A DNA stretch of 64,000 nt from Candidatus Parcubacteria bacterium (lineage in GTDB: Bacteria; Patescibacteriota; Patescibacteriia; Patescibacteriales; UBA12075): assembly GCA_002869165.1 (NCBI GenBank), contig PKTK01000001.1:318005-382004 (forward strand), in the 5' to 3' direction. This document shows, in pieces, positions 17,202-27,492 of the stretch (positions are counted from its first letter, which is position 1; the number at the start of each line of letters is the position of its first letter). Made by a program: the position numbers and the translations under genes. The notes below the pieces were generated by a model. It did no database searches. It was given only the letters and a program-made list of their open reading frames with translations, and was not told the DNA's origin.

Positions 17202-17801
17202 ATGTTGAAAAAATCTATTTTTTTGTATTTAAGTTTTTTTACGATTACTTTGTTTGTTCTTATGGTGGTTTTAGTAAGTGTTTCTATAGTAAGAGCAAGC
17301 AATTATAAAGTTTTTTCAAGTTTTCAGGATTATCAAAAAATGATAAAGACAAATGAGGCTAACGCTAAAGACCTCGTTAAAATAAGAACTGATAAGGAAA
17401 AGTATCTGAAAAATGAAAATGTAAATATTAATTTTGAATATCAGGGATATGCCAAGGCGATCAAAGAAGGGAAATCTCAAATTTCCGTAAAGGCAAGAAA
17501 AGATATCGGAAATAATTTTTCAGTTGCCTTTATTGAATATGAATCAAGTGACGGCTGGATTGCTATTGAGCCAGTCTTGCGTTGTTCGAATGAATGTATG
17601 GAGGCATGCGATAAGAGCCAACTATTGGAAGCTGGTAAAAAAATGAATTTTCTCTGGAATAAAAAGATTTTAAAATGTAGCATTGCAGGAGAGGAAGAAG
17701 AGAATGCTCCTTTGGGAAGATATAGAATTGTTGCATCGGTTTGGGATGAAAGTAGCAATAAAAATGTAAGAATATATTCGAATGAATTTAATTTACAATA
17801 A
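17202..17801 (+). CDS. membrane-anchored protein, function unknown
   Basis: 199 aa with one N-terminal TM helix. Confidence 0.55.
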   Translation: MLKKSIFLYLSFFTITLFVLMVVLVSVSIVRASNYKVFSSFQDYQKMIKTNEANAKDLVKIRTDKEKYLKNENVNINFEYQGYAKAIKEGKSQISVKARKDIGNNFSVAFIEYESSDGWIAIEPVLRCSNECMEACDKSQLLEAGKKMNFLWNKKILKCSIAGEEEENAPLGRYRIVASVWDESSNKNVRIYSNEFNLQ

Positions 17802-17819
17802 TATACAAAAAAGTTTTAT

Positions 17820-18314
17820 ATGAAAAATTTTAAGATTGTTCTAGGTTCCACAGTGCTATTGATAATTATATTTGTATCAATTTTCTTGCTTCAAGCTAAA
17901 AAAATCGATAACAAAGTTACAAATGACAATCAATCAGATAATCTAATTGTTCAGCAAATTAGTAAATCAATTCCTATGGAGGAACAAGAACAGGCATACA
18001 AACAAGAAGCAACCATAATAGTGGAAGAGTATCAATTATTTATTGAGAGTCTTAATACAAAAATTGACGCTGTTGCAAATTCTGATGAAGTTATTTTGGC
18101 ACTTGAAAGTGAAGGTGAGAAACTACAAACAATAAACAATGACTTTTCAAATTTGATAGTTCCTAAAAGATTTAAGGACTATCACTTGCTTATGTCTAGA
18201 TCAATGTTTCTGTTGGCTAGTTATCTTGACACAAATAATCCAGATGATATGTTGAATGGGCTAGATTTGTACGAAAATGCCCAAGAGGAATTAGAAAATT
18301 TATCAATTAGTTAG
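17820..18314 (+). CDS. membrane-anchored protein, function unknown
   Basis: 164 aa with one N-terminal TM helix. Confidence 0.55.
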   Translation: MKNFKIVLGSTVLLIIIFVSIFLLQAKKIDNKVTNDNQSDNLIVQQISKSIPMEEQEQAYKQEATIIVEEYQLFIESLNTKIDAVANSDEVILALESEGEKLQTINNDFSNLIVPKRFKDYHLLMSRSMFLLASYLDTNNPDDMLNGLDLYENAQEELENLSIS

Positions 18315-18316
18315 TT

Positions 18317-19099
18317 ATGAAATATAATAGATTTTTACCATTAATTGTACCGTTTTTTGTTTTTGTTTTGTTTGAAGCATTTTATTTTAATCCTGGTCTT
18401 TTATATTTATCAATGGGTTTTATTTTATTGATATTGCTTTTTGCTTCTAGGCAATTAATATTGGCCAGTAGTATTAAAGAAAGATGGTATAATATAATCT
18501 TGTTGCCTTTATATCTAAGTTTTAGTACAATACTTCTAAGTATTCTAGTGCCACTTAGTACTTTTTTTGCAAAACTATTGGTTCAAGGTTTATTTTTATT
18601 AGTTTTATTTCTTTTATATTATTATTATAGAAATTTATACTTATATTTATTAAGTCCAAAAAAATATATAAAAGGAAGTCTTGAAAATTTTTCACTTTAT
18701 GTTAACTATTTGTCAGTTTATTTAATGACATCAGCAATATTTGGAATGAGTTTTTTTCTGAATATTTCAAACTGGACCTTGATGTTGTTTATGTTGTTTT
18801 TTATAACTGCTGTAATATACGAAGCTATGTGGGCTCATAGAATCCTTAACACAAATTCATATTTTTATATCGTGTTAGTATGTTTGTGTTTGTTCGAATT
18901 TGCTTGGGCAATATCATTTTTAACATTAAGTTATTATATCCTGGGTTTATTGATGGCGATTGCGTATTATATTATAATGGGTTTGGTAAGATTTCATTTG
19001 TTGAATATTTTAAATAAGAAGATAATAAAAACATTTTTAAGTTTAGGGTTTGTTAGTATTTTATTTGTATTGCTAACTGCTCGATGGATAGAATTATGA
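18317..19099 (+). CDS. polytopic membrane protein, function unknown
   Basis: 260 aa, very hydrophobic with about 7 helices. Confidence 0.6.
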   Translation: MKYNRFLPLIVPFFVFVLFEAFYFNPGLLYLSMGFILLILLFASRQLILASSIKERWYNIILLPLYLSFSTILLSILVPLSTFFAKLLVQGLFLLVLFLLYYYYRNLYLYLLSPKKYIKGSLENFSLYVNYLSVYLMTSAIFGMSFFLNISNWTLMLFMLFFITAVIYEAMWAHRILNTNSYFYIVLVCLCLFEFAWAISFLTLSYYILGLLMAIAYYIIMGLVRFHLLNILNKKIIKTFLSLGFVSILFVLLTARWIEL

Positions 19100-20298
19100 A
19101 CACAAGAAGAGTGCCAATTGTGTTATTGGTAATAATAGCAGTATTTTTTGGATTACTTGGAGGAGTGAGCGGACAACTTTTAAGTCGGGTTTTTCTTTTA
19201 CAAGATTTATATGGTGTGCCACTTTTTGGCGAAATCGATGTACCTGAAAATCTATATCAAGGTTCAAGCTTGATCATTGAAAGCCCAGAAAAAGTTATTG
19301 TTGAGCAAAATACTAAAGTTTTTGAAACCGTTAATTCCGCAAAGAGAAGTATGGTTGCTATTTTTGAAAAAATCGAAAAACCAGAAAAGAAAACCGAGGA
19401 CGTTTTATTAGAAGATTTTTATAAACTTGAAAATCCTTTAGCTCAAGCATTTGTAGTTACAAGTGATGGTTGGTTAATTAGCACCTACTTACCTCAAAGG
19501 CTTATAAATATAGAGTCAGTGCTTGCAACCAGTACTAGAGAAGAATTAGAATTAGAATATTTAGATGAATTGACAATAATAACACAAGACAGAGAAATAT
19601 TCGAGATAACAGATGTTGAATATGATAAAAAAGCAATGGTGTCATTTTGGAAGATTGATTCAACTGATTTACCAGTTAGGCAGTTTGAGCAAATACTTGA
19701 TATCCAAGCAGGTCAACTTGTTTTGGCAGTAAACTGGAATTCTAAAGTTTGGTTAACTTCTGTAGCTGATAAAAAAAGTACAAGTGAATCATTAATAAAG
19801 TCAAGCGATGATTTAGATCTTGAAATAAAGTTAGTAGAAACAATTGATAAAGATTTTGGCGATGGTTTTTTGTTTAATACTGAAGGTGATTTGATTGCGT
19901 TATTAGATGATAGAAGTGAGATTATTCCGATTAGTTCATTTTTTTCTTGTGTGAGCTGTTTACTAGAGAAGAAGAATATAAGTAATTCTTATTTGGGGAT
20001 TAATTATATTGATTTGTCTACTGTTTTGGATGTTAGCGAAAAATATAACGAAAAAAGTGGGGCCTTGGTATATGTGGACCTTAATAATCCAGCCGTAAAA
20101 AAGAATAGTCCAGCAGAAATTGCGGGCATTTTGGAAGGTGATATCATAGTTTCTGTAAATGGTTTAAAAGTAGATAAAAACACTAGTCTAAATAGTTTAA
20201 TAGCTCAATACAGTCCAGGAGAGGTAATTGATATAGCGGTTATTAGAGGCGACGAAAATATCGTCTTGAGTGTAGTTCTTGACCAAATTCAAGATTGA
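19096..20298 (+). CDS. HtrA-like PDZ-domain protein lacking a recognisable catalytic triad
   Basis: ATGA overlap start at 19096 (alternative ATG at 19084). N-terminal TM helix. C-terminal PDZ (SPAEIAGILEGDIIVSVNGLKV...GEVIDIAVIRG). GDGFLFN sits in place of GNSGGPL. Confidence 0.55.
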   Translation: MNTRRVPIVLLVIIAVFFGLLGGVSGQLLSRVFLLQDLYGVPLFGEIDVPENLYQGSSLIIESPEKVIVEQNTKVFETVNSAKRSMVAIFEKIEKPEKKTEDVLLEDFYKLENPLAQAFVVTSDGWLISTYLPQRLINIESVLATSTREELELEYLDELTIITQDREIFEITDVEYDKKAMVSFWKIDSTDLPVRQFEQILDIQAGQLVLAVNWNSKVWLTSVADKKSTSESLIKSSDDLDLEIKLVETIDKDFGDGFLFNTEGDLIALLDDRSEIIPISSFFSCVSCLLEKKNISNSYLGINYIDLSTVLDVSEKYNEKSGALVYVDLNNPAVKKNSPAEIAGILEGDIIVSVNGLKVDKNTSLNSLIAQYSPGEVIDIAVIRGDENIVLSVVLDQIQD

Positions 20299-20391
20299 CG
20301 AAACAAAAAAAAACTTGTAATATAAAAGCATTAATTCAATATTAAAAGAGCCTAATTTGGCTCTTTTAAAATAGTTTTTTTGGATTGTTTT

Positions 20392-22176
20392 ATGTCTAAT
20401 ATTAGAAATTTTTGTATTATTGCACACATTGATCATGGTAAAAGTACGTTGGCTGACAGAATGCTAGAGAAAACCAATACAGTTGATCCTAGAAAAATGA
20501 AGGATCAGTTACTTGATAGGATGGATTTAGAGAGAGAAAGAGGTATAACTATCAAGCTTCAACCAGTTACTATGGATTATAATGATTATAAATTAAACTT
20601 GATTGATACTCCTGGTCATGTTGATTTTTCATATGAAGTTTCTAGATCTTTGGCTGCGGTTGAAGGAGCAATTCTTTTAGTTGACGCAACACAAGGCATG
20701 CAGGCGCAAACTTTAGCTAATCTGTATTTGGCCATGGAGCAGGATCTGACAATAATTCCCGTAGCTAACAAAATAGATCTACCGGCCTCTGATGTTTTAA
20801 AAACAAAAAAGGAAATTATGGATTTACTTGGGTGTAAGGAAGACGAAATAATATGTGCTTCTGGTAAAACAGGGGAAGGCGTGGAGGATATTTTAGATGA
20901 AGTAATTAGAAGAATTCCTGAGCCCAAAATTGATATAAACAAAGAGGAGACCAGAGCTTTAATATTTGATTCAAATTATGATGAATATAAGGGTGTGGTT
21001 GCTTATGTAAGAGTGATTGATGGTGAAATAAAAAAGGGTAACAAGATTAAATTATTAGCAACCACTGCAGAAAGCGAAGCATTGGATGTAGGCATATTTA
21101 AGCCTGATTATTATACCACTGGCAATTTACAAGCAGGGGAGATTGGGTATGTTGTTACTGGTTTCAAGGACGTAAGTGAATGTCGAGTTGGAGATACTAT
21201 TACTTTGAAAAAATTCAGTGATAGAGTTAAAGCCCTCAAGGGTTATAACGAAGTAAAGCCAATGGTTTTTGCAGGAATTTTTCCTAAAGAGGGGAATGAG
21301 TTCAATGAACTTCGCGATGCAATTGAAAAATTAAAACTAAATGATTCTTCTCTTTCATATGAGCCAGAGCAATCACTTGCCCTTGGCCTTGGATTTCGTT
21401 GTGGATTTTTGGGAATTTTGCATTTGGAAATTTTTCAGGAAAGATTAAAAAGAGAGTATGGCTTAGATTTGATAGTAACTATTCCGAGTGTAGCTTATAA
21501 GATTTTTAAAAAAAATGGAGAAGAAATTACTATTAGAACTCCTCAACAATTTCCGGAAAGAGAATCAATAGACAGGATTGAAGAACCTTGGGTGAAACTT
21601 GATATTATCACCCCAAAAGAATACGTAGGAGGAGTAATGAATTTAGCTCAAGAGAAAAGAGGTATTTACAAAAATACTGAGTATATTGATGAAACCAGGG
21701 CAGTTTTGCATTATTATATTCCAATGAGTGCAATTTTGACTGATTTTTATGATAAAATTAAAAGTACTAGCTCGGGTTATGCTTCTATAAATTATGAAAT
21801 GTCAGGCTATAATCAAGCCAGTGTAGTTAAAATGGATATTTTGGTAGCCGAAGAGCCTATTGAAGCCTTAACTGTTATCGTATATGAAGACGAAGCTCAC
21901 AAACGAGGAAAAGAAATAGTTAAGACATTGAAGGATAGTTTACCTAAACAGATGTTTGTATTGAAATTACAAGCTGCTATTGGTGGGAAGATCGTAGCAG
22001 CAGAAAGATTATCAGCTATGAGAAAAGATGTAACTGCCAAACTTTATGGTGGTGATGTTACCAGAAAGAGAAAGCTACTCGAAAAACAGAAAAAAGGAAA
22101 AAAGAAAATGATGGCAGGTGGCAAGGGAAGTGTTGATATACCTAGTGATACTTTTATCAAGATATTAAAAAAATAA
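20392..22176 (+). CDS. lepA: translation elongation factor 4 (LepA)
   Basis: IRNFCIIAHIDHGKSTLADR, DTPGHVDF, NKIDL, and a conserved LepA C-terminal region. ATG 20392 is preferred over TTG 20380. Confidence 0.95.
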   Translation: MSNIRNFCIIAHIDHGKSTLADRMLEKTNTVDPRKMKDQLLDRMDLERERGITIKLQPVTMDYNDYKLNLIDTPGHVDFSYEVSRSLAAVEGAILLVDATQGMQAQTLANLYLAMEQDLTIIPVANKIDLPASDVLKTKKEIMDLLGCKEDEIICASGKTGEGVEDILDEVIRRIPEPKIDINKEETRALIFDSNYDEYKGVVAYVRVIDGEIKKGNKIKLLATTAESEALDVGIFKPDYYTTGNLQAGEIGYVVTGFKDVSECRVGDTITLKKFSDRVKALKGYNEVKPMVFAGIFPKEGNEFNELRDAIEKLKLNDSSLSYEPEQSLALGLGFRCGFLGILHLEIFQERLKREYGLDLIVTIPSVAYKIFKKNGEEITIRTPQQFPERESIDRIEEPWVKLDIITPKEYVGGVMNLAQEKRGIYKNTEYIDETRAVLHYYIPMSAILTDFYDKIKSTSSGYASINYEMSGYNQASVVKMDILVAEEPIEALTVIVYEDEAHKRGKEIVKTLKDSLPKQMFVLKLQAAIGGKIVAAERLSAMRKDVTAKLYGGDVTRKRKLLEKQKKGKKKMMAGGKGSVDIPSDTFIKILKK

Positions 22177-22186
22177 TTATATACTT

Positions 22187-22285
22187 ATGAAGAAAAAAAC
22201 ACTTGTTAAGTTTGTTTGGTCAATGCTTAGCATTATGATAATTCTTTCTATGGTTCTTTGGACCGTTGGTGTAGCTTTTATGTAA
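22187..22285 (+). CDS. possible 32-aa membrane peptide
   Basis: MKKKTLVKFVWSMLSIMIILSMVLWTVGVAFM*. It fills the lepA-recJ gap and is below the ORF-track cutoff. Confidence 0.3.
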   Translation: MKKKTLVKFVWSMLSIMIILSMVLWTVGVAFM

Positions 22286-22295
22286 GAATATCATT

Positions 22296-24032
22296 ATGTT
22301 AAGAAAAAAATGGGAAATAAAAAATAAAATCAATCAACAAACTGCTAAAACATATCCTGACATGGATCAGGTTTTAAAACAATTGCTTTTTAATCGTGAG
22401 ATTAAAAGCAAGGAGGAAATAAATGATTTTTTATTTGCTGATTATTCAAAAAATGCACATGATCCTTTTTTATTTAGGGACATGGAGGCGAGCATTGATC
22501 TACTAATCAAGCATATAAAAAATCAATCGGTGATATTTATTTATGGAGATTATGATGCTGACGGAGTAACTTCAACTGCACTTCTTTATAATCTTTTAAG
22601 TATTTTAAAAGCCCAGTTAAAATATTATATTCCAGATAGAGTTAGTGAGGGCTACGGTTTAAATATGGAAGCAATTGACTATATGATCAAAGAAGGTGTT
22701 TGTCTTGTGGTTACAGTGGATAATGGAATTAGAAATAAAAACGAAGTTGAATATTTAAAAAAGAACGGTGTAGACGTAATAATAACCGATCATCATCAGG
22801 CGCCAAACACCAAAGATGAGTATCCTGATTGTTTAACAATAAATCCAGCGATACCTGAAGAAACTTATCCTTTCAAATATTTGAGTGGAGTAGGAGTAGC
22901 TTTGAAATTTGCCAGTGCTTTGATCTCAAAAACTAAACTAGATAAATCCTCTAAAAATATTTTACTTGATTCTTTATTTGAATTTAGTGCAATTGGTACA
23001 GTGGCAGATTGTGTAAGTTTATTGGGGGAGAATAGATTGATAGTAAAAAAAGGTCTAGAGTTATTGAGTGTGAGTAGAAAGCCAGGCATAGTTAAGTTGG
23101 TTGAGATAAGTAATATAAAGAATGCTGATAAACTGGATGCTTGGAATATTGGTTTTCAGCTGGCACCCAGGATAAATGCTGCTGGTAGAATGGATCATGC
23201 CAATACTGCTTTTAAACTTTTAATAAGCAAAAATGAAGATGAAGCAAGTGATTTAGCAAAGAAATTAAATCATTACAACCAGATGAGGCAAGTAAGTAGT
23301 GAGGAGATATTTTTGGAAGTTGAAAAGCAACTTGATGCAAAAGATTTTCTACTATCAGCTTTTTATAATGATTCTAGTGTAATTAATGAACCATGGAATG
23401 AAGGAATAGTGGGTTTGGTAGCAGGAAGAATTACTGAAAAATATTATAAGCCATGTATGGTGATAACAAAAACTGAAGAAGGGTATAAGGGTTCATGCAG
23501 AAGCATTCCAGAGTTTAATATAGCAAAAGCACTAGAAAAAAATTCTGATTATCTTGAAAAATTTGGAGGTCATCCCTTGGCTTGTGGTTTTAGTTTGAAT
23601 GAAAATAATTTGTCAATGTTTCTTGAACAAATGGAAAGGTGTGCTAGAGATGAATTATCAGGCAAGGATCTTTGCCCAAAGATTGATATTGATATGGAGC
23701 TTAGTTTTTCACAAATAAACATTGAGTTAATTTTTAAAATAAAAAAATTAGAACCTTTTGGGCAATGCAATCCTAAGCCTATTTTTGTTTCCAAGAATGC
23801 TGTAATTCTCGATAAGATAAGTATGGGTATTGAAGGGCAACATTTAAAATTGGTTCTTAAACAAGGTAATTCAAGTTTGATTAGAGCAATTGGTTTTGGA
23901 CAGACAGAAAAATGGAAAGACATAAAAAGCGGCGACAATATTGATATCGTTTATCATTTAGATATAAATGAGTTTAACGGGAAAAAAGAATCTCAATTAT
24001 TAATTCTTGATATTTTAAAAAATGCATCATGA
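22296..24032 (+). CDS. recJ: single-stranded-DNA-specific exonuclease RecJ
   Basis: DHH-family motifs (IYGDYDADGVTS, VDNG, ITDHHQ), GGHPLACG, 578 aa. Confidence 0.9.
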   Translation: MLRKKWEIKNKINQQTAKTYPDMDQVLKQLLFNREIKSKEEINDFLFADYSKNAHDPFLFRDMEASIDLLIKHIKNQSVIFIYGDYDADGVTSTALLYNLLSILKAQLKYYIPDRVSEGYGLNMEAIDYMIKEGVCLVVTVDNGIRNKNEVEYLKKNGVDVIITDHHQAPNTKDEYPDCLTINPAIPEETYPFKYLSGVGVALKFASALISKTKLDKSSKNILLDSLFEFSAIGTVADCVSLLGENRLIVKKGLELLSVSRKPGIVKLVEISNIKNADKLDAWNIGFQLAPRINAAGRMDHANTAFKLLISKNEDEASDLAKKLNHYNQMRQVSSEEIFLEVEKQLDAKDFLLSAFYNDSSVINEPWNEGIVGLVAGRITEKYYKPCMVITKTEEGYKGSCRSIPEFNIAKALEKNSDYLEKFGGHPLACGFSLNENNLSMFLEQMERCARDELSGKDLCPKIDIDMELSFSQINIELIFKIKKLEPFGQCNPKPIFVSKNAVILDKISMGIEGQHLKLVLKQGNSSLIRAIGFGQTEKWKDIKSGDNIDIVYHLDINEFNGKKESQLLILDILKNAS

Positions 24033-24432
24033 TAAAATAACAATTTATTCTGATGGGGGAGCTAGAGGAAATCCGGGGCCAGCTGGAATAGGTGCGGTGC
24101 TTTTGTCTTCTGATGATAATGTTTTAGTGGAAATTTCAGAATATATTGGAGAGACAACAAATAACCAAGCTGAGTATAGAGCCTTGCTAGCTGCCTTAAA
24201 AAAGGCAAAAGACCTAGGAGCTGTTGAAATAGAAGCATATCTTGATTCTGAGTTAGTTGTAAAACAGCTAAACAAAGAATATAAAGTAAAAAATAAAGAT
24301 TTAGCACCTTTATTTGTGCAAATATATAATATAAGTTTAGGTTTTAAAAAAATATCTTTTTCTCATGTCAGAAGAGAAATGAATAAACATGCTGATAGAT
24401 TGGCTAATGAGGCAATGGATAGAGCAAGTTAA
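24022..24432 (+). CDS. rnhA: ribonuclease HI
   Basis: YSDGGARGNPGPAGIG, NNQAEYRALL, HVRREMNKHADRLAN. Overlaps the recJ end by 11 nt. Confidence 0.85.
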   Translation: MHHDKITIYSDGGARGNPGPAGIGAVLLSSDDNVLVEISEYIGETTNNQAEYRALLAALKKAKDLGAVEIEAYLDSELVVKQLNKEYKVKNKDLAPLFVQIYNISLGFKKISFSHVRREMNKHADRLANEAMDRAS

Positions 24433-25385
24433 TGTTAAAAAAGAAATATTTGGCAATAATAATAATATTTTTAATGTCTCCAGCGTTGGTGCCTGTATTT
24501 TATTTTTTCTTTGGTCCAGAAACCAGAGTTTGTGGAGTTGATAAAAAAACATATCCATCTCAAAAAGAATTAGAAATTGCTGGAGTCGCCATGTCTTATG
24601 ATTTTCCCTGTCAATTTCCAAAAAAGGAAACAGGTTTATACGAAAGAAAGGAAGAAATAGAAATAATTGGCCAACTTCTTGAGTTTAAAAAGTTGGGTAG
24701 TTTAACATATTTAATAATTAAAGATAATCAAGAAAATAAGGAATGGTTGCTTGTCAGTGATTTTCAAGATGAAAAATTATTGATGCCAGGCGATCAGCTT
24801 CGTATTAATGGTGAATTGAATAAAAATACAAAAATTGTAGACGCTTATAAAATTACAAATCTATCATTTCATGAAGAAAGTTTCAATGTGATTAATTGTG
24901 TATTTAGAAATACAAATTTAGTCGAAAAAACAATAGAATGTTCCAGCGAAGAAGGTAATGAATTATATTCTTATGATGATTCGCTTCGAATTGTTGCTGG
25001 AACTATTAATCCCGCTCAAATAGGGGATCTAAAAAGAAATGATATATTGCGTATTAGGGTTAATACCAAGAAAGATCAACTACAAACTGTGATTGTTGCT
25101 CAAAGAGGAGGTGCTAATTTTCTAGCTAGTTCTCTTTTTGTAGACAAGTTAGAGATTGTAACTAATGCATACACAGCTAGAAGACCATATTTTGAATTTT
25201 TAAACAGAGAAACCAATGAGAATGAAATAATGTTTTTGACAGCTAACACTAGAATGGTTTTAAAATATTTTGGAGTGGCTTCAGTGAATCGTTTTAAAGA
25301 AGGTGATGAGGTTTTTGTAGTTGCTAAAGAAAAAAATAAAGAAATGTATTTATATTTATTAAAGAATAATTCTGTGTGGAAATAA
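24432..25385 (+). CDS. membrane-anchored protein, function unknown
   Basis: 317 aa with an N-terminal TM helix. TAATG overlap with rnhA. Confidence 0.55.
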   Translation: MLKKKYLAIIIIFLMSPALVPVFYFFFGPETRVCGVDKKTYPSQKELEIAGVAMSYDFPCQFPKKETGLYERKEEIEIIGQLLEFKKLGSLTYLIIKDNQENKEWLLVSDFQDEKLLMPGDQLRINGELNKNTKIVDAYKITNLSFHEESFNVINCVFRNTNLVEKTIECSSEEGNELYSYDDSLRIVAGTINPAQIGDLKRNDILRIRVNTKKDQLQTVIVAQRGGANFLASSLFVDKLEIVTNAYTARRPYFEFLNRETNENEIMFLTANTRMVLKYFGVASVNRFKEGDEVFVVAKEKNKEMYLYLLKNNSVWK

Positions 25386-25397
25386 TTTAATTTTTTT

Positions 25398-26678
25398 ATG
25401 GATAAATTGTATTATATAATTACAATAGGTTGCCAGATGAATAAGTCAGATTCAGAGCGGATTGCTAAATATTTGGAAAGTTTGGGTTATATACTGGCCA
25501 GTAATGATTCTTGTGCTGATGTGGTTGTAATAACTACCTGTGGCATCAGGCAAAGCGCTGAAGATAGAGTCTATGGGCTAATTCCTAGAATTAAAAAAGA
25601 CAATCCAAAATCATGTATTATATTGACAGGATGCTTATCCGAAAGAGAGGACGTAAAAAAAAGAGTTGAAGAACAAGTAGATATCTGGTTACCAATAAAA
25701 GATCTTGGTAGTCTTAAATATAAACTTGCAGGAAAGGACTTGCATGGGGATTATGCCGACTGTTATTATTTAAAATTTGAAGCTAAGTATGAATCTGATT
25801 TTTCAGCTTTTGTACCAATTGGAAACGGCTGTAATAATTTTTGTTCATACTGTGTTGTGCCCTACGCTCGAGGAAGAGAAGTGTACCGAGATCATAATGA
25901 GGTTATAAAAGAAGTAAAGGATCTTTTGAATAGGGGATACAAGGAAATAACCTTGATAGCACAGAATGTAAATTCCTACATTTCCAGTGATAAAAAAACT
26001 GATTTTGCTGATTTACTTAAAATGGTAAATGATCTAGACGGTGACTTCTGGTTGCGTTTTTCTACAAGTCACCCCAAAGATATGAGTGATAAATTAATAA
26101 ATACAATGGTTGATTGCAACAAGCTTTGTCATCATTTACATTTACCAGCGCAAGCAGGTAATAATTATATACTTAGAGCTATGAATAGGAAATATTCTAT
26201 AGAAGACTATTTGGCTTTAATTAAAAAAGTAAAAAATAAAATTTCGGACATGTCTTTTACTACTGATATTATTGTTGGTTTTCCTGGAGAAACTGGTGAA
26301 CAATTCAAGGATACAAAAAAGCTTTTTGAAAAAGTGGGATATGATATGGCTTATATTGCTCAGTATAGCCCAAGACCAGGTAAAATGGCTGAAAAATTAA
26401 AAGATGATGTAAGTAAAGAAGAAAAGAAAAAAAGAGAAGAAGAGTTAATGGCGATTTTAAGAAAAACATAAAAAGAAAATAATAAGAAGTATTTACATAA
26501 AAAAATTAAAGTTTTAGTTGAAGGAAAAAATAAAAAAGGCGAATTTTTCGGTAAAGCTGAGAATTATAAAAGCATAAAATTTTTGTCAAATAACAGAGAT
26601 TTAATTGGTAGTATTGTAGAAATAGAAATCGACGAAGTAAATGATTTTGGTCTTTTTGGGAAAATAAAAAACGCCTAA
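25398..26678 (+). pseudogene. miaB: tRNA methylthiotransferase MiaB, interrupted by in-frame TAA at 26469-26471
   Basis: UPF0004 domain (GCQMN), radical-SAM CxxxCxxC (GCNNFCSYCVVPYARG). After the stop the same frame encodes a TRAM domain (KIKVLVEGKNKKGEFFGKAENYKSIKF...IVEIEIDEV) ending at TAA 26676-26678. Confidence 0.8.
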
Positions 26679-26699
26679 AGCAAATGTTTAGGCATTTTT
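26673..26699. terminator. bidirectional hairpin terminator between convergent genes
   Basis: GCCTAAA, 7-nt loop, TTTAGGC, flanked by A-run and T-run. Confidence 0.7.
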
Positions 26700-26703
26700 A
26701 TTT

Positions 26704-27435
26704 TTATTTATACAAAAAAAGATAAGGACAATCTCCAGTATTAGAACAAAGAAGCTTTTCACTATTAGGTAATTTAACAAAAATAAGATTTCTGGAGGTT
26801 TCCTTTCTGGCTCGCCATGAATAGAAAGCCGGAGTGTAGCTGATCACGGTATGTGCTGAGCAGGTCTTTATGGTATTAATATTTTTATCATGTATGCCTG
26901 ATTTAAAGACTTGTTCATGAATAATTTTAGCAATATCCATCATTTTTTTACTAGAATCGGATTTATGGTTCTTAAAACACTTAGAATGATCTTGGAATTT
27001 TTGAATGACGTCTTCTCTAACTTCATAACAGTCTTGGCAAATTCCTGGATAAATAAAAGCGTTTAACTTATCTATTGAAACAAAAGACTTGATATTGTTA
27101 AAGGTTTTAAATATAATGCCTTTTGAGATGGTTATGTGACTGCAGTGGATCATAGCAACAAACCTATCCTGGTGCTTATAAAAAAGACCATCACCAGAAA
27201 AATGATCAATGTTATTTTCTTTAATTGATCTGATTCTAGTTTCGTGTTCAGGTTTCATGAAATTAAATTTTCCACTTTGAATTGCCCGATGATTGCTTAT
27301 ATTAAACATGTTAATCCAAAAATTTTTGTCGCTCATACGGAAGTTACCCGCGTCTCTAGTTGTTATGCCAATTTTAACTGGATTATCATGCATGATAAGC
27401 ACATTTTTTAAAAGAACAGGTTTTTTAACTTTCAT
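26704..27435 (-). CDS. divergent DUF152/YfiH (PgeF)-like protein
   Basis: 243 aa. IYPGICQDCYEV and a C-terminal C..H....FYSWRA...SRN resemble the family, but the central motifs are poorly conserved. Confidence 0.4.
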   Translation of the reverse strand: MKVKKPVLLKNVLIMHDNPVKIGITTRDAGNFRMSDKNFWINMFNISNHRAIQSGKFNFMKPEHETRIRSIKENNIDHFSGDGLFYKHQDRFVAMIHCSHITISKGIIFKTFNNIKSFVSIDKLNAFIYPGICQDCYEVREDVIQKFQDHSKCFKNHKSDSSKKMMDIAKIIHEQVFKSGIHDKNINTIKTCSAHTVISYTPAFYSWRARKETSRNLIFVKLPNSEKLLCSNTGDCPYLFLYK

Positions 27436-27492
27436 TTCTTCCTCCTTTTTGTATTTATTTTATAAAAGAAAAAATAACATAAAAAAAATTAT

